A stretch of 64,000 nt of DNA. Source: the human T2T-CHM13v2.0 reference genome, Homo sapiens. Both the position numbers and the translations under genes were made by a program. A model generated the notes under the pieces. The model saw nothing but the letters and a program-made list of their open reading frames with translations, had not been told where the DNA came from and made no database searches. This document shows, piece after piece, positions 49,194-62,965 of the stretch. Numbering within the stretch: the stretch's first letter is position 1; every line of letters begins with the position of its first letter. The stretch is taken from the NCBI RefSeq assembly GCF_009914755.1, contig NC_060926.1. The stretch is one strand, 5' to 3'.

Positions 49194-50699
49194 CTTTCTT
49201 GTGCTGAAAATTCAGCATCTTGGCAGAAGTCATAGAAGGGTGGTGAAGACAGACCTTCAAACCCAGATTAAGGCATCTTGGAGAACAAGCAGCATAGACA
49301 GGTGATGGAATGTGTGCATGGTGGTCCCATCTTAGAAGTGCTGAGGAAGAATGACATAAAAGCTAGCTTTGCACCTGCTGTGGACTGGCTGTTGGCTCTA
49401 AAGCAAAGCCGCAGAGGAAGCAATGCTATGTCCTTAGATGCCAAGAAGTGGTTGACTAAGAGACTATTAAATGTCTTTCCACTTGGAGATGAAATTTGAA
49501 ATAATAATTTGGTTAATGTAGAGGGAAGACAGAACAGAGAGGCAGGGGAAGGAGAAGCAAGTTCTGGAGGAACCAATTTATGACTGAGCTCTGCTTGCCA
49601 ATGTCAGACTGCTCCACATTCTGAAGGCTGTTGGGATGCTCTAGGTTATTAATGTCAATTTGGAGAAAAGAGGGTGAAAGTCCAAACTGTAGAAAACTGA
49701 GGGCACCCACAAACAAAAGAAGAATGGAGTGGCTATTCTGGGGTGTTGTCTAAGGAAAAGTGTACATCCTCTTGGGTGCAAATTGTCAAAGAGACACTGG
49801 TTGGTGTGGTGGCTACCACACTAAGGCAGTGTAAGCTGGAAACACACCAACCTTACCTTTAGGGGCGGTGGAGAATGTGTAGAGGAAGTGGCTGGTTGAG
49901 TTTACGAGGTCCTCTTGCATAATAGTTCTCACTTTTATTACCTCTGTGGGGAGGTTGGACATGTAATTACAGACTATATCCAACTGGGGAGAGACTCCCT
50001 CATGTGATAAAAGACAGGAAAATGTGGGGTGATGTGTAAATGGAGGTAGGCCCCCAGCAGGGCTCAGGAACTCAGGGTTGCTGTGTGCATCCTCTAGAAC
50101 AAAGGATATACTTAAAGTCTGGATACTGTCAGTGTCTCAGCACTATTTGAGATAATTTCTAATGTCACTTGGATATTTGCCAACTGCTGTCAATCAATGG
50201 CCAACAGTATTTGGCCAAGCCCTCAACTTATGCTCAACAGATGTAAGCAGTCCCATCAAAGTCCAAGGCAACTAGTCAGAGATCTCAGTTAACAGTAACT
50301 TCAGTGCTTCCTAAGAGCCAGAAGAAATGTAATCAAGGAAGCTGCAAACCAAGATTGAGGTGATCTCCCTCCTTAAATGAAAATCGGCCTATTTCAAAAG
50401 ATATACAGCACCAAATAAAGTAATAGGATGTGAGAAATTTTTGTTGGGGGGGGTGGGTGGGTATTCTGGAAAGATGGTCCTCTTAGTGATTAATGATTAA
50501 AGGGACTATATTAGAAACTCTGTGTTAATGGCAGCAATATTTGTCCGTTTTGGAGCCTATATGTATCCTAGATTTTGTGGTTAACTAGAAAATCTGTGAA
50601 TAAGATACATGGGAGAATTACAGAGCATGGAATAAATAGGCTAAAGTTAGTAATAAAATATATCCCAAGTTAATTCTACTCAGTTACTATATGCATTCT

Positions 50700-52080
50700 A
50701 TAGGACTTTTATAAAATATGAGTAAGCTGTCATGTGATAGCTCAACATATCATATGTTTTGGTGAACATTCCACAAACACTTAAGGATCATGTGCATTCT
50801 ACAACTGATCTATGTGGTAATCTTCTAAATTCCTACTAGTCTTACCTCAGGCTGCTATAACAAAATATCATAGACTGGCTGATTTTAAACAACAGACACT
50901 CATTTCTAACAGTTCTGGAGGAAGGCTGGAAGTCCAAGATCAAGGTGACAGCAGACCCAGTGTCTGGAGATGGCCCACTTTCTGGCTCGCAGATAGCTGT
51001 CTTCTTGAGTCATCCTCCCACTGTGAAGACAGGGCTCCGCTGTCTCTTCTTCTTCTTATGAGGGCACTAATCCCATCTTGAGAGTGGTACCCTCAAGACC
51101 TACTATAACCTTAATTACCTCCTAAAGGCTCCATCTCCAAATACTGCCCCACTTGGAGTTAGGGCTCAACCATAAAAATTTGACGTGGGGGGAGCTCATA
51201 AACACTGAATCTATAACACTGCTTAAAAATTTTTCCTGTTCCGTTAGAACGGAAACAAAAGTGTGATTAAATATTCCATTGTGACTGTGAATTTGTCTAT
51301 AACTGTTTTCAGGAATTTTTGTTTTTAGTAATTACCTTGATGGTGTTCTCTTAACTTCTAAATCTGTGGTTTGGTGTCCATAATTGTTTCTGAAAATTTT
51401 CAACCATTCCTTCTGAAAATATGTCTTTTGTCCCATTATCATTCTCTCCTTACACTGGGATTTCAGTTATGCATATGTAGCCCTTCTGATGGCATCTTGC
51501 AGTTCTCAGCTATTCTGTTCTCCTTGGTCACGCCTTTCTCTCTGTATTTTGGTTGGGAGATTGCTGCTTACCTATACTCAAGTTCACTGATTCTTTCCTC
51601 AGCCTCTCAAGTCTACAGCCTGTCCACTGGGAAGGAAGCATTCCTCATTGCTCTTACTGCATTTTCATGTTTATGTCTAGGATTTTTGCTGGATTCTTAT
51701 CTTTTTGATTTCCTGCTAAAATTCAACCACGTGATCTTGCATATTGTCTACCCTTTAGACTAGAGACAGAAGCACAATTATTTTACATTCCTGGTCTGAT
51801 GACTGTAGCACCTGCATCATCTCTGTGCATGATTCTGATGCTTGTTTTGATTCTTTGCAGGATGAATATTTTCCTGGCGTTTTTTATGCTCCGTATTTTT
51901 TGTTGAATTACAGATATCTTGTGTAAAACGGCAGAGCCTGTGGTGAATAGGTTTTTTTTTTTTTTACCTGCAAATGGGCATGACTTTCCTTCTTTTAGTA
52001 GGGAGTGGTTTGAGGCTGTATAGCTGGAAGTTGAATTTCTTTCTCTGGGGATTTGTTTTTGTAACACTACATGGTAAGTC
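50700..52080 (-). mobile_element. Ancient L1M remnant (endonuclease and ORF1/5' pieces) interrupted by MLT1A
   Basis: ggtgaacattccac...atgtgcattct; aacttctaaatctgtggtttggtgtc...gaaaattttcaaccatt...caagttcactgattctttcctc. Confidence 0.6.
50833..51218 (-). mobile_element. MLT1A-like MaLR solo LTR
   Basis: ggctgctataacaaaatatcatagactgg...cagttctggagg...aagtccaagatcaagg...aaacactgaatctataaca. Confidence 0.88.
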
Positions 52081-52093
52081 AACAAAAGCTTTA

Positions 52094-52406
<313 letters not shown>

Positions 52407-52749
52407 TGAAAGCTTTACATTTTGGATTAGAAATTAGATTTTTTTCTGCTTATCACCACATGTTTTTAACGTCTTATTGGAAATTCTAGCCCAGGGTAGT
52501 AAATTAAGAAAAACAAATAGAAGGTATTTATATGAACAAAATCCAAAACATTACTATTTGCGGTTGAATTTATGCATATAAAGTCTCAGCGATTCTATTC
52601 CTAGTTTATAATAATTAACATGTTAGGTGAGCAAGTTGCTGAAATAAAGTTCCATATATAAAAATCAATTAAATTTTGGTCAGAAAAACATATTAAATTG
52701 AAAAAAAAAAGCCTCTTTTAAAATAGCAAAAACATTAACCAAGTTCTGT

Positions 52750-53280
52750 CAACCACGACTGTGAAACCCAGGATGTTTCTGGCCTCAGAGCGATCCTTCC
52801 CTAAGGCGAATCTGCAGAGCCCACGTGGCTCAGTCTCAAATTCCAACAAAAGTCGCAAAGAGCCTGTCCGTCTCACTGTTCCTTTTAATTCCGCAATCTT
52901 GGGAGGAGGTCTCTGAGCCTCGCCGTGCTTTTCTTTCTTCCCCAGGCATGAGGACAAACCCTGCCCTAGACCCTGCAGGTAAAGGGCTCACTGTGTTGGT
53001 GTGGGGTCCGCCCTACGTTGATGGTTTCCTTGGTTCAGAAAGCTGGGCTCTTCCTTTTGACGTAAGGCCACCCACCCACCCCCTTTCTTGCGTCACATTT
53101 CCAGTAATTGACTCCGTAACTGGACATTTTTTCTCCCGCCGTATCTCCCTGCCTGGTCGTCCCACGCCCATCTCCATAGCGGAGGGGTGCTCCACGCCTC
53201 GGGCTCAGGGGCTGTATTGCTGCCCCTCCTCCCCACCTTCCTCAGCTCCAAAGGAGCATCAGCTGCGCTCTCACTGGTAA
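52750..53280. promoter_or_regulatory. CpG-retaining, GC-rich unique stretch; candidate promoter or enhancer
   Basis: Roughly 20 or more CpGs in ~530 nt (hand count) against a CpG-poor background; CACGTG, CCGCCC, TGACGTAA and TGCGTCA motifs. Confidence 0.4.
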
Positions 53281-56200
53281 CTTCTTGCCCAAATCAAGAT
53301 TGAAAGTTTTAGTATACACACAAAGAAACTCATGAAATGCCTCTATCAGATGGGGAAAGTAATAATTACAATTAAATTTCATATATTTTCGCCTTAAAAA
53401 AGAGGCTGGGCTGGTGTCCACAGGGCAGGGGGTTTTGTCTAGTTTTTTAAAGTTTTTCCCAATGCCTAAGATGGCTCTTGGTAGGTAGTGAGCAGGCCTC
53501 AGGGAGTCTGTGTGGACAAGTGAGCTCACACGTACAGCCCAAGACAGACTGGCCACTGGGCTTCAGAAAATTAATACGAAATTCAGATTCATCATCACTA
53601 TGTACAGCGCCCATATGTCCCAGATTGTCTAGGACAGACCTGATATCAAATATTCTGTCCCATTTTCAGAGCATGTTTCAGACCATATGTCCACATTTAT
53701 GTTTAAGAAAATACAGTATTCATTTCTTTAACAAGAAAGTAGGCCCAAATCTCGAAGAACCACTCCTGAATCTAAATGGCTCCTCCTTGCCCCGCTAAAG
53801 GTCTAATGTAAATTCTCAGTGTTCCCCTGGGGCCCACGCAGAGAGCAGCATCTCCAGAGCCAGGGCCAGGGTCAGGCAGAGGCGACACTCAGGCACGTGC
53901 TCAGGCGTGGAATTAGAAGGCGGTGACCGTGCACCAGCCCTTCTGGGAGCCAGACCAAAATAATTCTAATCACTGTCACCATTTCCTGAATATTCTTCTG
54001 TGATTCATGTAACCAACTCTGAAATTTTTCTTAACTTGTAGCAAAGTAGACACATTTAATGGCTCTTAAAGGACAATTATCTGAGTATCTCCTATTGTTT
54101 CCTGCTTTTTGGAATGGTTTAGACACACATGTGCCCATCATTGCACAGTAACACAAATAAAAAATAAGGAATAATAATTGATCCTTGTCCTAGTTTATTA
54201 TATATAGTATTTTATGTTGTTTTCTGTAAGGAGTTATTCCCTTACAGGAAGAAACCACTCTTTGGAAATGCCATAAATGACATAGCATAGCATATATGGT
54301 ACCATTCCATTAATTTTCCTCTGAATTCTGAAGGTCAAAATTTAATACCATGAGATAGTTATGTCACTTAACAAAGGTCCCAAAATACCACTAGGACACA
54401 TTGACCACCTAGAAAATATGTATTCATATAAAAACAAAAATACTATGAGATGATTAGGTTATTATTTAATTATTTCAAAACAAGATTTATAACCCAGTTC
54501 AAATGATGTGTTATAATTTAATAAATTTATATCTGTATTTATTGAACAATTTCTTATTAAAGGAAAGTTGAATATCTGATAGAGATAACCTAATTATAAT
54601 CTCTAATTACAGAATGAAATAAATCACTAAAACCAGCATAATGAGTCTTAAATACTAATTAATATTCAGACAAGAAGCTGGAATTTTGACATTCAAGTCA
54701 TGCAGTAAAAATCCAGGAGCACGAGGGAGCGTGTGGGGTGTTTTGTCATTTAGAATTTGAAATTCCTCGCACCTTCTGCATTGTTCAAATGAGTGCTGCG
54801 TTCTTCGAAGCTTTTGTTAATAATGGTCTAGACCTGTCACTAAAGTGCTGTTAATGCCACTCGCCATGTGGAAAGTCTTAGAGATAATTTTGCTAAAATC
54901 AGTTAAGGAGGGAAACCTAGAGAAGGTTTTTTAATCAGTGTTGTAAAAAAAGTAATGACTTTTATCAGAAGAGGGTGGAAATAAAGGCTCTCCCGAGAGG
55001 CCGGTGATCTGGTAACAAGTATCTGAATGGAATTAAAATACCCCAGCGGAGCGTGCACCTCCCACACTCTTTCTCATGTTGAGGGTGGGGCTGGTACTGA
55101 GGCTCAGAGGCCAGACTCCAGTGAGCCTGCCAGATGCGACTCTCACGTCCACCCTCCCCGGCAAACGTGGGAATGTGGTCACAGCTCTGCTAGCTGGGTC
55201 GGCTCCTGTGGGACCCAGGGACGACAGTGCCACACACGGCGTGTAAGTCACTTTTGGAAATGTTTTTACATATTTTGCTGCAGATGCTTCTCCTAACTGA
55301 GGGAGGCCAGGGCCACTCCTCCCTCCCTCTTGTGGTCCAGGGTTGTACTCAGCCACCTCCAGGATCTCAGTGACCAAAAGCAACAACAAACAACAAGACA
55401 CCCAGCTTGACAATGGTTGCCTATGGAATAGCAGAACACAGTCATGGAAGAAGCAGCAAAAAATAAAAAAATGATGGACTCATACATGAGTGAATCGAAG
55501 TGAAGGACAAGTCTTGAAAGGAACGAGGCTGTGGGGACCTCACGCGAAGGAAAGCAGAAAACGCCACCCCGGTCAGCACTGCTTTTGCAGGAGACTGTGC
55601 TGACACCATCAGAGGCACCGTTGCTGAGACAGCAATCCAGAAAGAAAGAGCTGCTGAAGTTTTCTCCAGCTTGTCAAGAACGTTAGGAAAGTAGCTTCTT
55701 TTAAAACTTACATAAAACTGGATTTAGGCCATGCCTGGAAGCAACCACAACACAGCTTCTTTTCCATCCCCCGGCACCCGCTGGCAGCCTCAGCAGCTGA
55801 CCTCCAAACCACAGACAGGAAGGTGCCCCAGAGGCATGGCTGATCCACAGGATGCTGTAGGATCTCATGGAAGAACTCTGGTACCAAGACAATGATTTCC
55901 AATCATATATGATTACTCTAACCTGGATGCATTTTGTTGATAAAGTACAATTATAATAAGTGAATTGAGATGAATTTCAGAAAGCAGTAGTGTATTCTCA
56001 GCATCCTAATCAGAAGGAGAAACCCAGTAGCAGGTAGGCAGGCAGAGGACATGAAGCTGAGCCTTCCACCTGTATGGTCTTGGGTAGATCACTTTATGCT
56101 GCTGAAACTTAATGTTTGTTTTAATAGAGGCAAGGTGACCAAATGGGTCACAAACTCCTTTCTGATTCTCCTGTTCTATTTGCTCTTTCTTGTTATTAAA

Positions 56201-56282
56201 GAATGTCCAAGTCACTTAATATTAAATTAAGAACACTTCATGAAATTTACTCTCCCTAAGTCACAGATAACTTAAATAATGC

Positions 56283-56661
56283 TGTATTAGTCCGTTCCCT
56301 CATTGCTAAAAGGAACTACCCGACACTGGGTAATTTATAAAGAAAACAGGTTTAACTGGCTCACAGTTCCACAGGCTGTATGGGAAGCATGGCTCGCAGG
56401 CCTCGGGAAACTTACAATTATGGTAGAAGGGGAAACAGGCACATCTTACCTGGCTGGAGCAGGAGCAAGAGAGAGAAGGGGGAGCTGCTACACACACTTT
56501 TAATCAACCAGATCTCATGAGAGCTCACTCACTATCATGAGAGCAGCAAGAAGGAAATTTACCCCCATGATCCAATCACCTCTCACTAGGCCCCACCCCC
56601 AACACTGGGGATTACAATTCAACGTGAGATTTGGGTGGGGACACAGATCCAAACCATGTTA
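56283..56661 (-). mobile_element. MSTA-like solo LTR
   Basis: tgtattagtccgttc...ggctcacagttccacaggctgt...ggggacacagatccaaaccatgtta. Confidence 0.92.
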
Positions 56662-56719
56662 GACAGTGAGCCCACTGGTAGCTGGCCACACCTTCCTTCC
56701 AGAGGGGTCCTTCTCCCTG

Positions 56720-57830
56720 GATTTTCTCTTTCCCTCTTTCTTGGTGTCCTTTTCCTCCCAAGTCCTAATTCTCATTGGATGTCTGTTTTCCTCCGTGTTT
56801 CTTCACATCCCCCCACCTGGGAAGTAATTCCTGATATCCTCAGGATTTCTTCTGGGTTCCCATGTTTTCTCACAGTGTATATATATCTTATGTGATATTA
56901 TTTATCCATAGCTTCAACCACCATCTACAGGCTACAATTCCCAAATATTTATTTTCATTCCAACTTCTTATATTAACATTTTAGACCCTCTTCTTAGCTA
57001 TTTACAATAAAACTCCAGCTGGATATATGCTATATGTATTAACATTAAGCACATTAAAATGTTAACTAGTATTTTCCTGCACATTATCTCCTGCATATAA
57101 ATATAAACATCCCTGTCTAAATTGTCACTAATATCAGAAATCCAGGAGTAAGTCCTAGACCTTTTCTCCTTCTTCCTATAAGCTGTTTTCTAATCCTTCC
57201 ACCATCAAGCCCTGCCCGCTGCACTGCGTAACTGTTTATGAAATATTTCCCTCCTCTCAATCCACACCGCTATGAATTCTCACCTTATCGTTTCTCACCC
57301 TGACTGCCGTGATACTTTACAAAGTGCTCTCCTGTCCCTTGTCTGCCTGCTTTCCAATTCATCCTCACAGAGGCTCAAAGTGACCTTTAGAATGTATATT
57401 TAATCATGTAACTTCAAATCCCTCAACCACTCTCAACTATCACCCAGAGCAGTGCACACTCCATTCGGAAGATGCTCCCTGATCTGGGGCGTGTGCCTTC
57501 TACCCCTCCTGCCACATCCCAGTCAACAGCCCTACGCCAGCAACAGCCCTACGCCAGCAAAGGCTTCATGACTTGGGCTTTCTAACAAGCTGTGATTTTC
57601 AGCCACTCCTGCTACACGCATTTGCATACAGACCAAGCTTCTTCTCCCCTGACCCCTTCCCTGGACCCCTCTGGTATCATCCCCACTTGACTAGAAGCTC
57701 TTTGACAGTGACAGTGAGGGTTGGCCGCTCACGTCAGTTCATCCCCTGTGTAGGGCCTGGCTCCAGGTGCCCAGTTGGTGCTGGCTGAATAAAAGAATAC
57801 AAATAAAGTGTATGTTGAATAAGAATAGAA
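56720..57830 (+). mobile_element. Decayed L2 LINE
   Basis: atccatagcttcaaccaccatctacagg...ccagctggatat...cagaaatccaggagt...tccaattcatcctcaca. Confidence 0.6.
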
Positions 57831-57837
57831 TGTATGT

Positions 57838-58235
57838 CCTTCATTCAAAACAGATTTATTGAGCATCTGTCCGGTGTCAAGAACTGTTGTAGGTGCTCAG
57901 AGGTATCAGTGATTGAAGTAAAGATACCTGTCCTCATGAAGGTCACCTTCTGGTATGGAGAGGCAATAATTATAAATAGGTATAATAAACAAGTTATATC
58001 ATGCATTTAAATGTGATGACTGCTATGGAAAAAGACAAGTCAAGCAGGCAGAAGGAGATTAAGAGTACTGAGCCAGAGGTTAGAGTCACTGGGGCAGACT
58101 TCATCTGGATGGTGATGTGTGAGCAAAGATGGCAGAAGGGGATGGTGGGACTTCACGGTGAGGGTGTCTGGAGGGGCAGTGTGCTGGTGGAGAAAACAGC
58201 CATTGCAAAGGCCAAAGGCCAGAGATAGTGGCTCA
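57838..58235 (-). mobile_element. L2 LINE 3' end, tail-to-tail with the preceding L2
   Basis: ttcattcaaaacagatttattgagcatct...cctgtcctcatgaagg...cagccattgcaaaggcc. Confidence 0.75.
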
Positions 58236-59149
58236 GGTTCTACAAATAGCAAGGGGACCCATAGTAACAGCTGCTTGAAAGATGCTGGTAGAAATTGTAT
58301 ACAGCTCCAAAATCAAATCAGTATTTCTTTGACATAGAATGTACTGTTCAGTTAGTTAGAAAGATTCTAGATCTTAGGAAAAAAAACCAACAATATATTG
58401 TTGTTAATAATATATTGTTTTTATTTCCTAGTAAACAGAGAGGGATAAAAATTATTTCACAAGTATCCAAGAACCACAAACTAAGAGGAGGAATGGGTTT
58501 AGAACTGGAAATAGACAGCTTAAAATTTGCATAATATCCAGTGCTGGCAAACTATATAAAGAAATAAATTATGACATATCTATAAGATTAAATACTCTTA
58601 AGCAATTAAAAATCATACTACAAAAAATTAATGCAATAAGAAACTGTTTACTACATAATGTTAAGTGACTGAAGAAGGTTGCCTAATAACATAAAGAAGC
58701 TCCTATTTTAAGCTTAAATTATGCACATATGCTTTATAATACTTGAAGAAATAAACAGCGCAGTGGGGAGAGGGTAGTTTGTGTATTCATGTTGTACTTC
58801 TATCTATTTTGCAAATTTTCTAAAATGAATAAGTATAATTTTTAATATCAAAGAAAACAATGCTATTAAAAAGGAAACAGAGAAAGCTCTGTAACAGAAC
58901 TCAACATATATTTTAAGAACTTAAGAGAAGCCTCACATATCTTTGGAAAAGAAAAGCATTATTCAATAATTGCTGCTAGTAAAATTGGGTTATTGAACAA
59001 TATGTAAGTACTTCCCTCACACCATTCACTAAAACACACTCCAGTCATGTTAAATCATATACAGAAAATTCTTAAGGAACATCAGGATTAAAACCCTAAA
59101 TTGTCTTCTGGTCAATGATGACAGATTGACCACATATATTTACGTATTT

Positions 59150-60770
59150 TTCTTTCTATAGTAGTGGAGAATTTTTAAAAAATTACCTAAATCCATAGCA
59201 ACCAAAATGACAAAAAATATGGATGGAGAAGTCATTTTTTTTAAGCAGGGGGATGAAGCTACAAATAAAATATCTGTATAGACTGATATCAAAGAGGAGA
59301 AAACTGATTTGCCAAGCAAATCATGTGAAAAATCTCAGAAATTGTTGGTATTGGTATCAGTGAAGTGAGGAGATGATGTGTAGAGATGGAAACAGGTGCA
59401 CCAACTGCACATCTGTGAATGGAGATGCCACATTTTCCTGACTGTGTGTATTCAGAATAATACTAATCAGCCTCCATGTAATCCCCATGCACACAGCTAG
59501 AAAATTGAATGTAGTTTTATTTTATAGTAAAGGGAAGTAAAATGTGGGGCTGAGGAAATGGTGGTCTTTTAAATATGATTTTAAAGACAGCCCCTAAAAG
59601 AATTAGCAATTCAACTCCTAGAACATATATCCCCAGACATAATATCCAAACAAGAGATTAGATAATTATTCTCTGGAGAAACTAAATAGTCCCGATTTTA
59701 CCCAAGTACATTCAGAGTCCTAAAAGGAAATGCTTGCCTTCCAGGCTGATCAATCTGCAATGATGCTAAGCAATGACAAGTCTTACCCAGACATTCAGAG
59801 AGCCTAATCAGCTTGTCACTACACTATGTGCAAATCTAAACAGTCAGATATCTCTTTACACTTGTAATCAGTTTTCAACACACACACACAAAATGCAGTT
59901 AAGACAAGTGCAATGACTGGGTATGAAGAGAACAGAGATAATGCATTAAGGAAAAGAAAAATTTTAAGTTTCTAAAGCTTAGAGTACTAAGAAAATACAT
60001 TGTATCTATAAAATAAGAGCTGTATGCTATGAAAAGAAACAATCGGAAGACAAGAAAAAACATTAAAATTAGGAATATAGAAAGTCAAATTAAATATATA
60101 TTAAATACCTATGTCTATGAATGGGAACAGTGTAAGAAGATGAACTCTTAAAAGACTACCATAGATACAGAGAGGAAAGCAATCAGCTCCATCCAAGAGA
60201 TCAAGAATTAGAAAGACATTGGCCTTTTTAAGGAAGATATATTATGCTAGATAATAAACATAGCCTTACCTTCGAATTTTGAAGAAAAAAAATTTGCAAT
60301 TTTATACCTAGCTAAGCTATACAATGACTATGGAAATAGAATAATAAGAGAATTTTCAAAAATTTAAGGATTCAGAAAATTTGACCATCATGTCTTCTTT
60401 CTTAGTAATATAAGGAAGAATGTATTTCCATGAAAGGTGAAAGTAAGTCATGAAAAAGTAAGATACAGAAAACAGGAAGCATTAACTCTAACACAAAAGA
60501 ATTATGAACTAAGTTTCTACATGACAGCTATATGGTAGATCTAGACAAAAAAAAAAAAAAGGTACAAATTGGAAAAGAATACAAAGCCCTGGAAAGGAAG
60601 TATTCAGGACATGAAGTGACCAATTATTTGCTATAATGGATTATTTGGAGTAAAGTGATTTAAAGTACTGCATAACTGATGGATCATTGGAAAATTTTTT
60701 TCTTTAAATAGGTAGAGTGATATAGGCATAGATTTCTACTGCTATTGCCATGAATAATATTTACATAATA
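59150..60770 (+). mobile_element. Highly decayed HAL1/L1M-like element
   Basis: A-rich; ttttatacctagctaagctat...ttcagaaaatttgaccatcatgtcttctttctt parallels the 17.9-18.5 kb remnant. Confidence 0.45.
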
Positions 60771-60773
60771 CCG

Positions 60774-61203
60774 TGTCATGAGTTGAATTATGTCCTCACA
60801 AAAGATATGTTAAAATCCTAACCTTGAAAATACTTTAGAATGTGACTGTATTTGGAAATAGAGTCTTTAGAGCTGTAATCATGTGAAGATAAGGACATGA
60901 GGATGGGTCCTAATCCAATGTGATAAGTGTCTTTACAAAATGGGTGGAAAGAGAGACACAGAGAGAACACTATGTGATAATGACACAGTTATTGGAGTTA
61001 CAAAGCTGCAAGCCAAGAAATGCCAAGGATTGCCAGTAATCCACCAGCGTGTGGGAGGAGATCTCAGACAGCCCACAGCCCTGCTGATGCCTTGATTTTG
61101 GAACTGTAGCCCCCAGAATTATGAATTAATACATTTCTGTTGCTTGGAGCCACGCAGTTTGTGGTACTTTGCTACAGCAAATATCCCTAGAAAAATGAAT
61201 ACA
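60774..61203 (+). mobile_element. MLT1C-like solo LTR
   Basis: tgtcatgagttgaattatgtcc...aatgtgactgtatttggaaatag...gcaagccaagaaatgccaaggattgcc...tagaaaaatgaataca. Confidence 0.88.
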
Positions 61204-61606
61204 TTATGTAATTAATGTTTATTAATTTAAACAAAGATTATGACATAACAATGCTGGCAGAGATACATGGGATGTAAAACTGCTACATCTTTATCTATTA
61301 TAAAATACATTTTGTAGATAATGACTGAACTTGATAAATTAAGAAAAAGCAGTATAATCATATTAAGTAAGCATTTATTATGCATCTTTATAATGTCCAC
61401 TATATTTATATAGAGACACATATCAGAATGATAGAAAATTTAACTTCATATTTAACATATAATTTATACCATGCCAAGTAGTATTCTAAATGTCTTACAG
61501 GTATGAATTCTTTTGTTGATCTAGTAATTCTATGAGGTGTTTTTATTATCATCATTTCCATTTTTCATATGGAGAAACTGAGAGGGAAGTGCTAAAAAAC
61601 TAAGTG

Positions 61607-61905
61607 ATTCCACATATGAGTGAGAACATACAGTGTTTATCTTTCTGGTCCTGGCTTATTTCACTCTACATAATGTCCTCCAGGGTCATCCATGCTGGAG
61701 GAGAGGATTTCATTCTCTTCTATGCTACATTTTCTTTATTCACTCATCCATTCATGGGCATGTCAGTTGATTCCGTATCTTGACAGTTGTGAATAGTGCT
61801 GCAATACTATAATATTCAGTATTTGGTATTCAGTATTTATTTGCATACTGATTTCTTTTTTGGGGAATATATACTCCATCATGAGATTGCTGGATCCTAT
61901 GGTAA
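61607..61905 (-). mobile_element. L1MA-like 3' fragment inside a MIR
   Basis: attccacatatgagtgagaacatacagtg...cttatttcact...gattgctggatcctatggta; MIR-like flanks at 61450-61605 and 61905-61970. Confidence 0.75.
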
Positions 61906-62217
61906 GTGGCAAAACCTGAATTCAACTCAAGTACTCTAGGCCCAAAGTCTACCATGGTAACCACAACAATAGGCTGCATCTAGGACAATTGTTGAGGATC
62001 TGTGACAATGAATTGAAAATAAATTGTCTCCAAGACAGTTTGTAAGATAAGGGACAATTGGACACTCTCATACACAGATGGTTGTACAGCTATTCTAGAA
62101 TGCTGTTGGTGTGAGCTATTAAATTTCCGTATGTGCATGTGTGTTTGTGTATGTGTGTGTTTGTATGAAATGATTGTACATGGGCACAAAAAACATGAAA
62201 AGTAGAATGCATAGATA

Positions 62218-62260
62218 TTAGGTAACGGCAAAAAACACAATTACTCTTGCACCAACCTAA
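62218..62260. mobile_element. MADE1 (Hsmar1-derived MITE), internally deleted
   Basis: ta|ttaggt...aacggcaaaaaacacaattactcttgcaccaacctaa|ta: TA duplication, one near-complete TIR and only 6 nt of the other. Confidence 0.85.
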
Positions 62261-62329
62261 TATATCCATGGAATATTATATAATAAAAAACTATACAGCA
62301 AATAAAATAAACTACCATTACATTGGTGT

Positions 62330-62900
62330 AATTTGAAAGCTCTTTGGAAAATTAGCAGTCTCTACTTTAAACTGTGCCTGTACATATTCAGCAATTTTAC
62401 TTCCCAACAGAAATGGGGAAGTGAGTTTATAAAACAGAAAACATAGAATGCTCATAGGAGGACTAAATGTATTAAGCCTAAACTGATTTTATGAAATGTC
62501 CTTCCAAAATCGAGCAGAAACATAAATTGTGGCATATTGACACAACAGAGGACTGTCTGGTGGATATACATAGCATCATGGATAAATCTTACAAACAAAA
62601 TTTTTAGCAAATTCAGCCAAACAAAAAGAAAGGAATTGATACTGTATTATTCTATATATACTTACAATTTTTAAAAAGAAATATCATCTATGATTTTAGA
62701 AGTCAGAACAGTGGGTACTTTCTAAGAGAAGAGAAATGAGACAATGTGGGAAATTTTGGTGTATTAATAATGTTCTATTTCTTGACCTTGGTGGTAGTTT
62801 AGTGAGTGTAATAACTTGGATATTATTTCTTGAATTGTGTACTTAGGAGTTGTCTACTTTTTATGGAAGTATATTAAACTAAAGTTGAAAATAGTATGAT
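62330..62900 (+). mobile_element. Ancient L1ME-like 3' end
   Basis: ctttggaaaatt...aaattgtggcatatt...catggataaatcttacaaaca...aatgttctatttcttgacctt. Confidence 0.65.
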
Positions 62901-62965
62901 TAATCCATACATCTTCTCTGTCATCCCAAAGGAGAAGAGTTTTGTGCAGTAGAGAAATACAGAGA

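Noticed and set aside
49200-50500. Possible ERV internal remnant or decayed gene
   Set aside because: No gag/pol/env motif or coherent frame seen; left unassigned pending a Dfam search.
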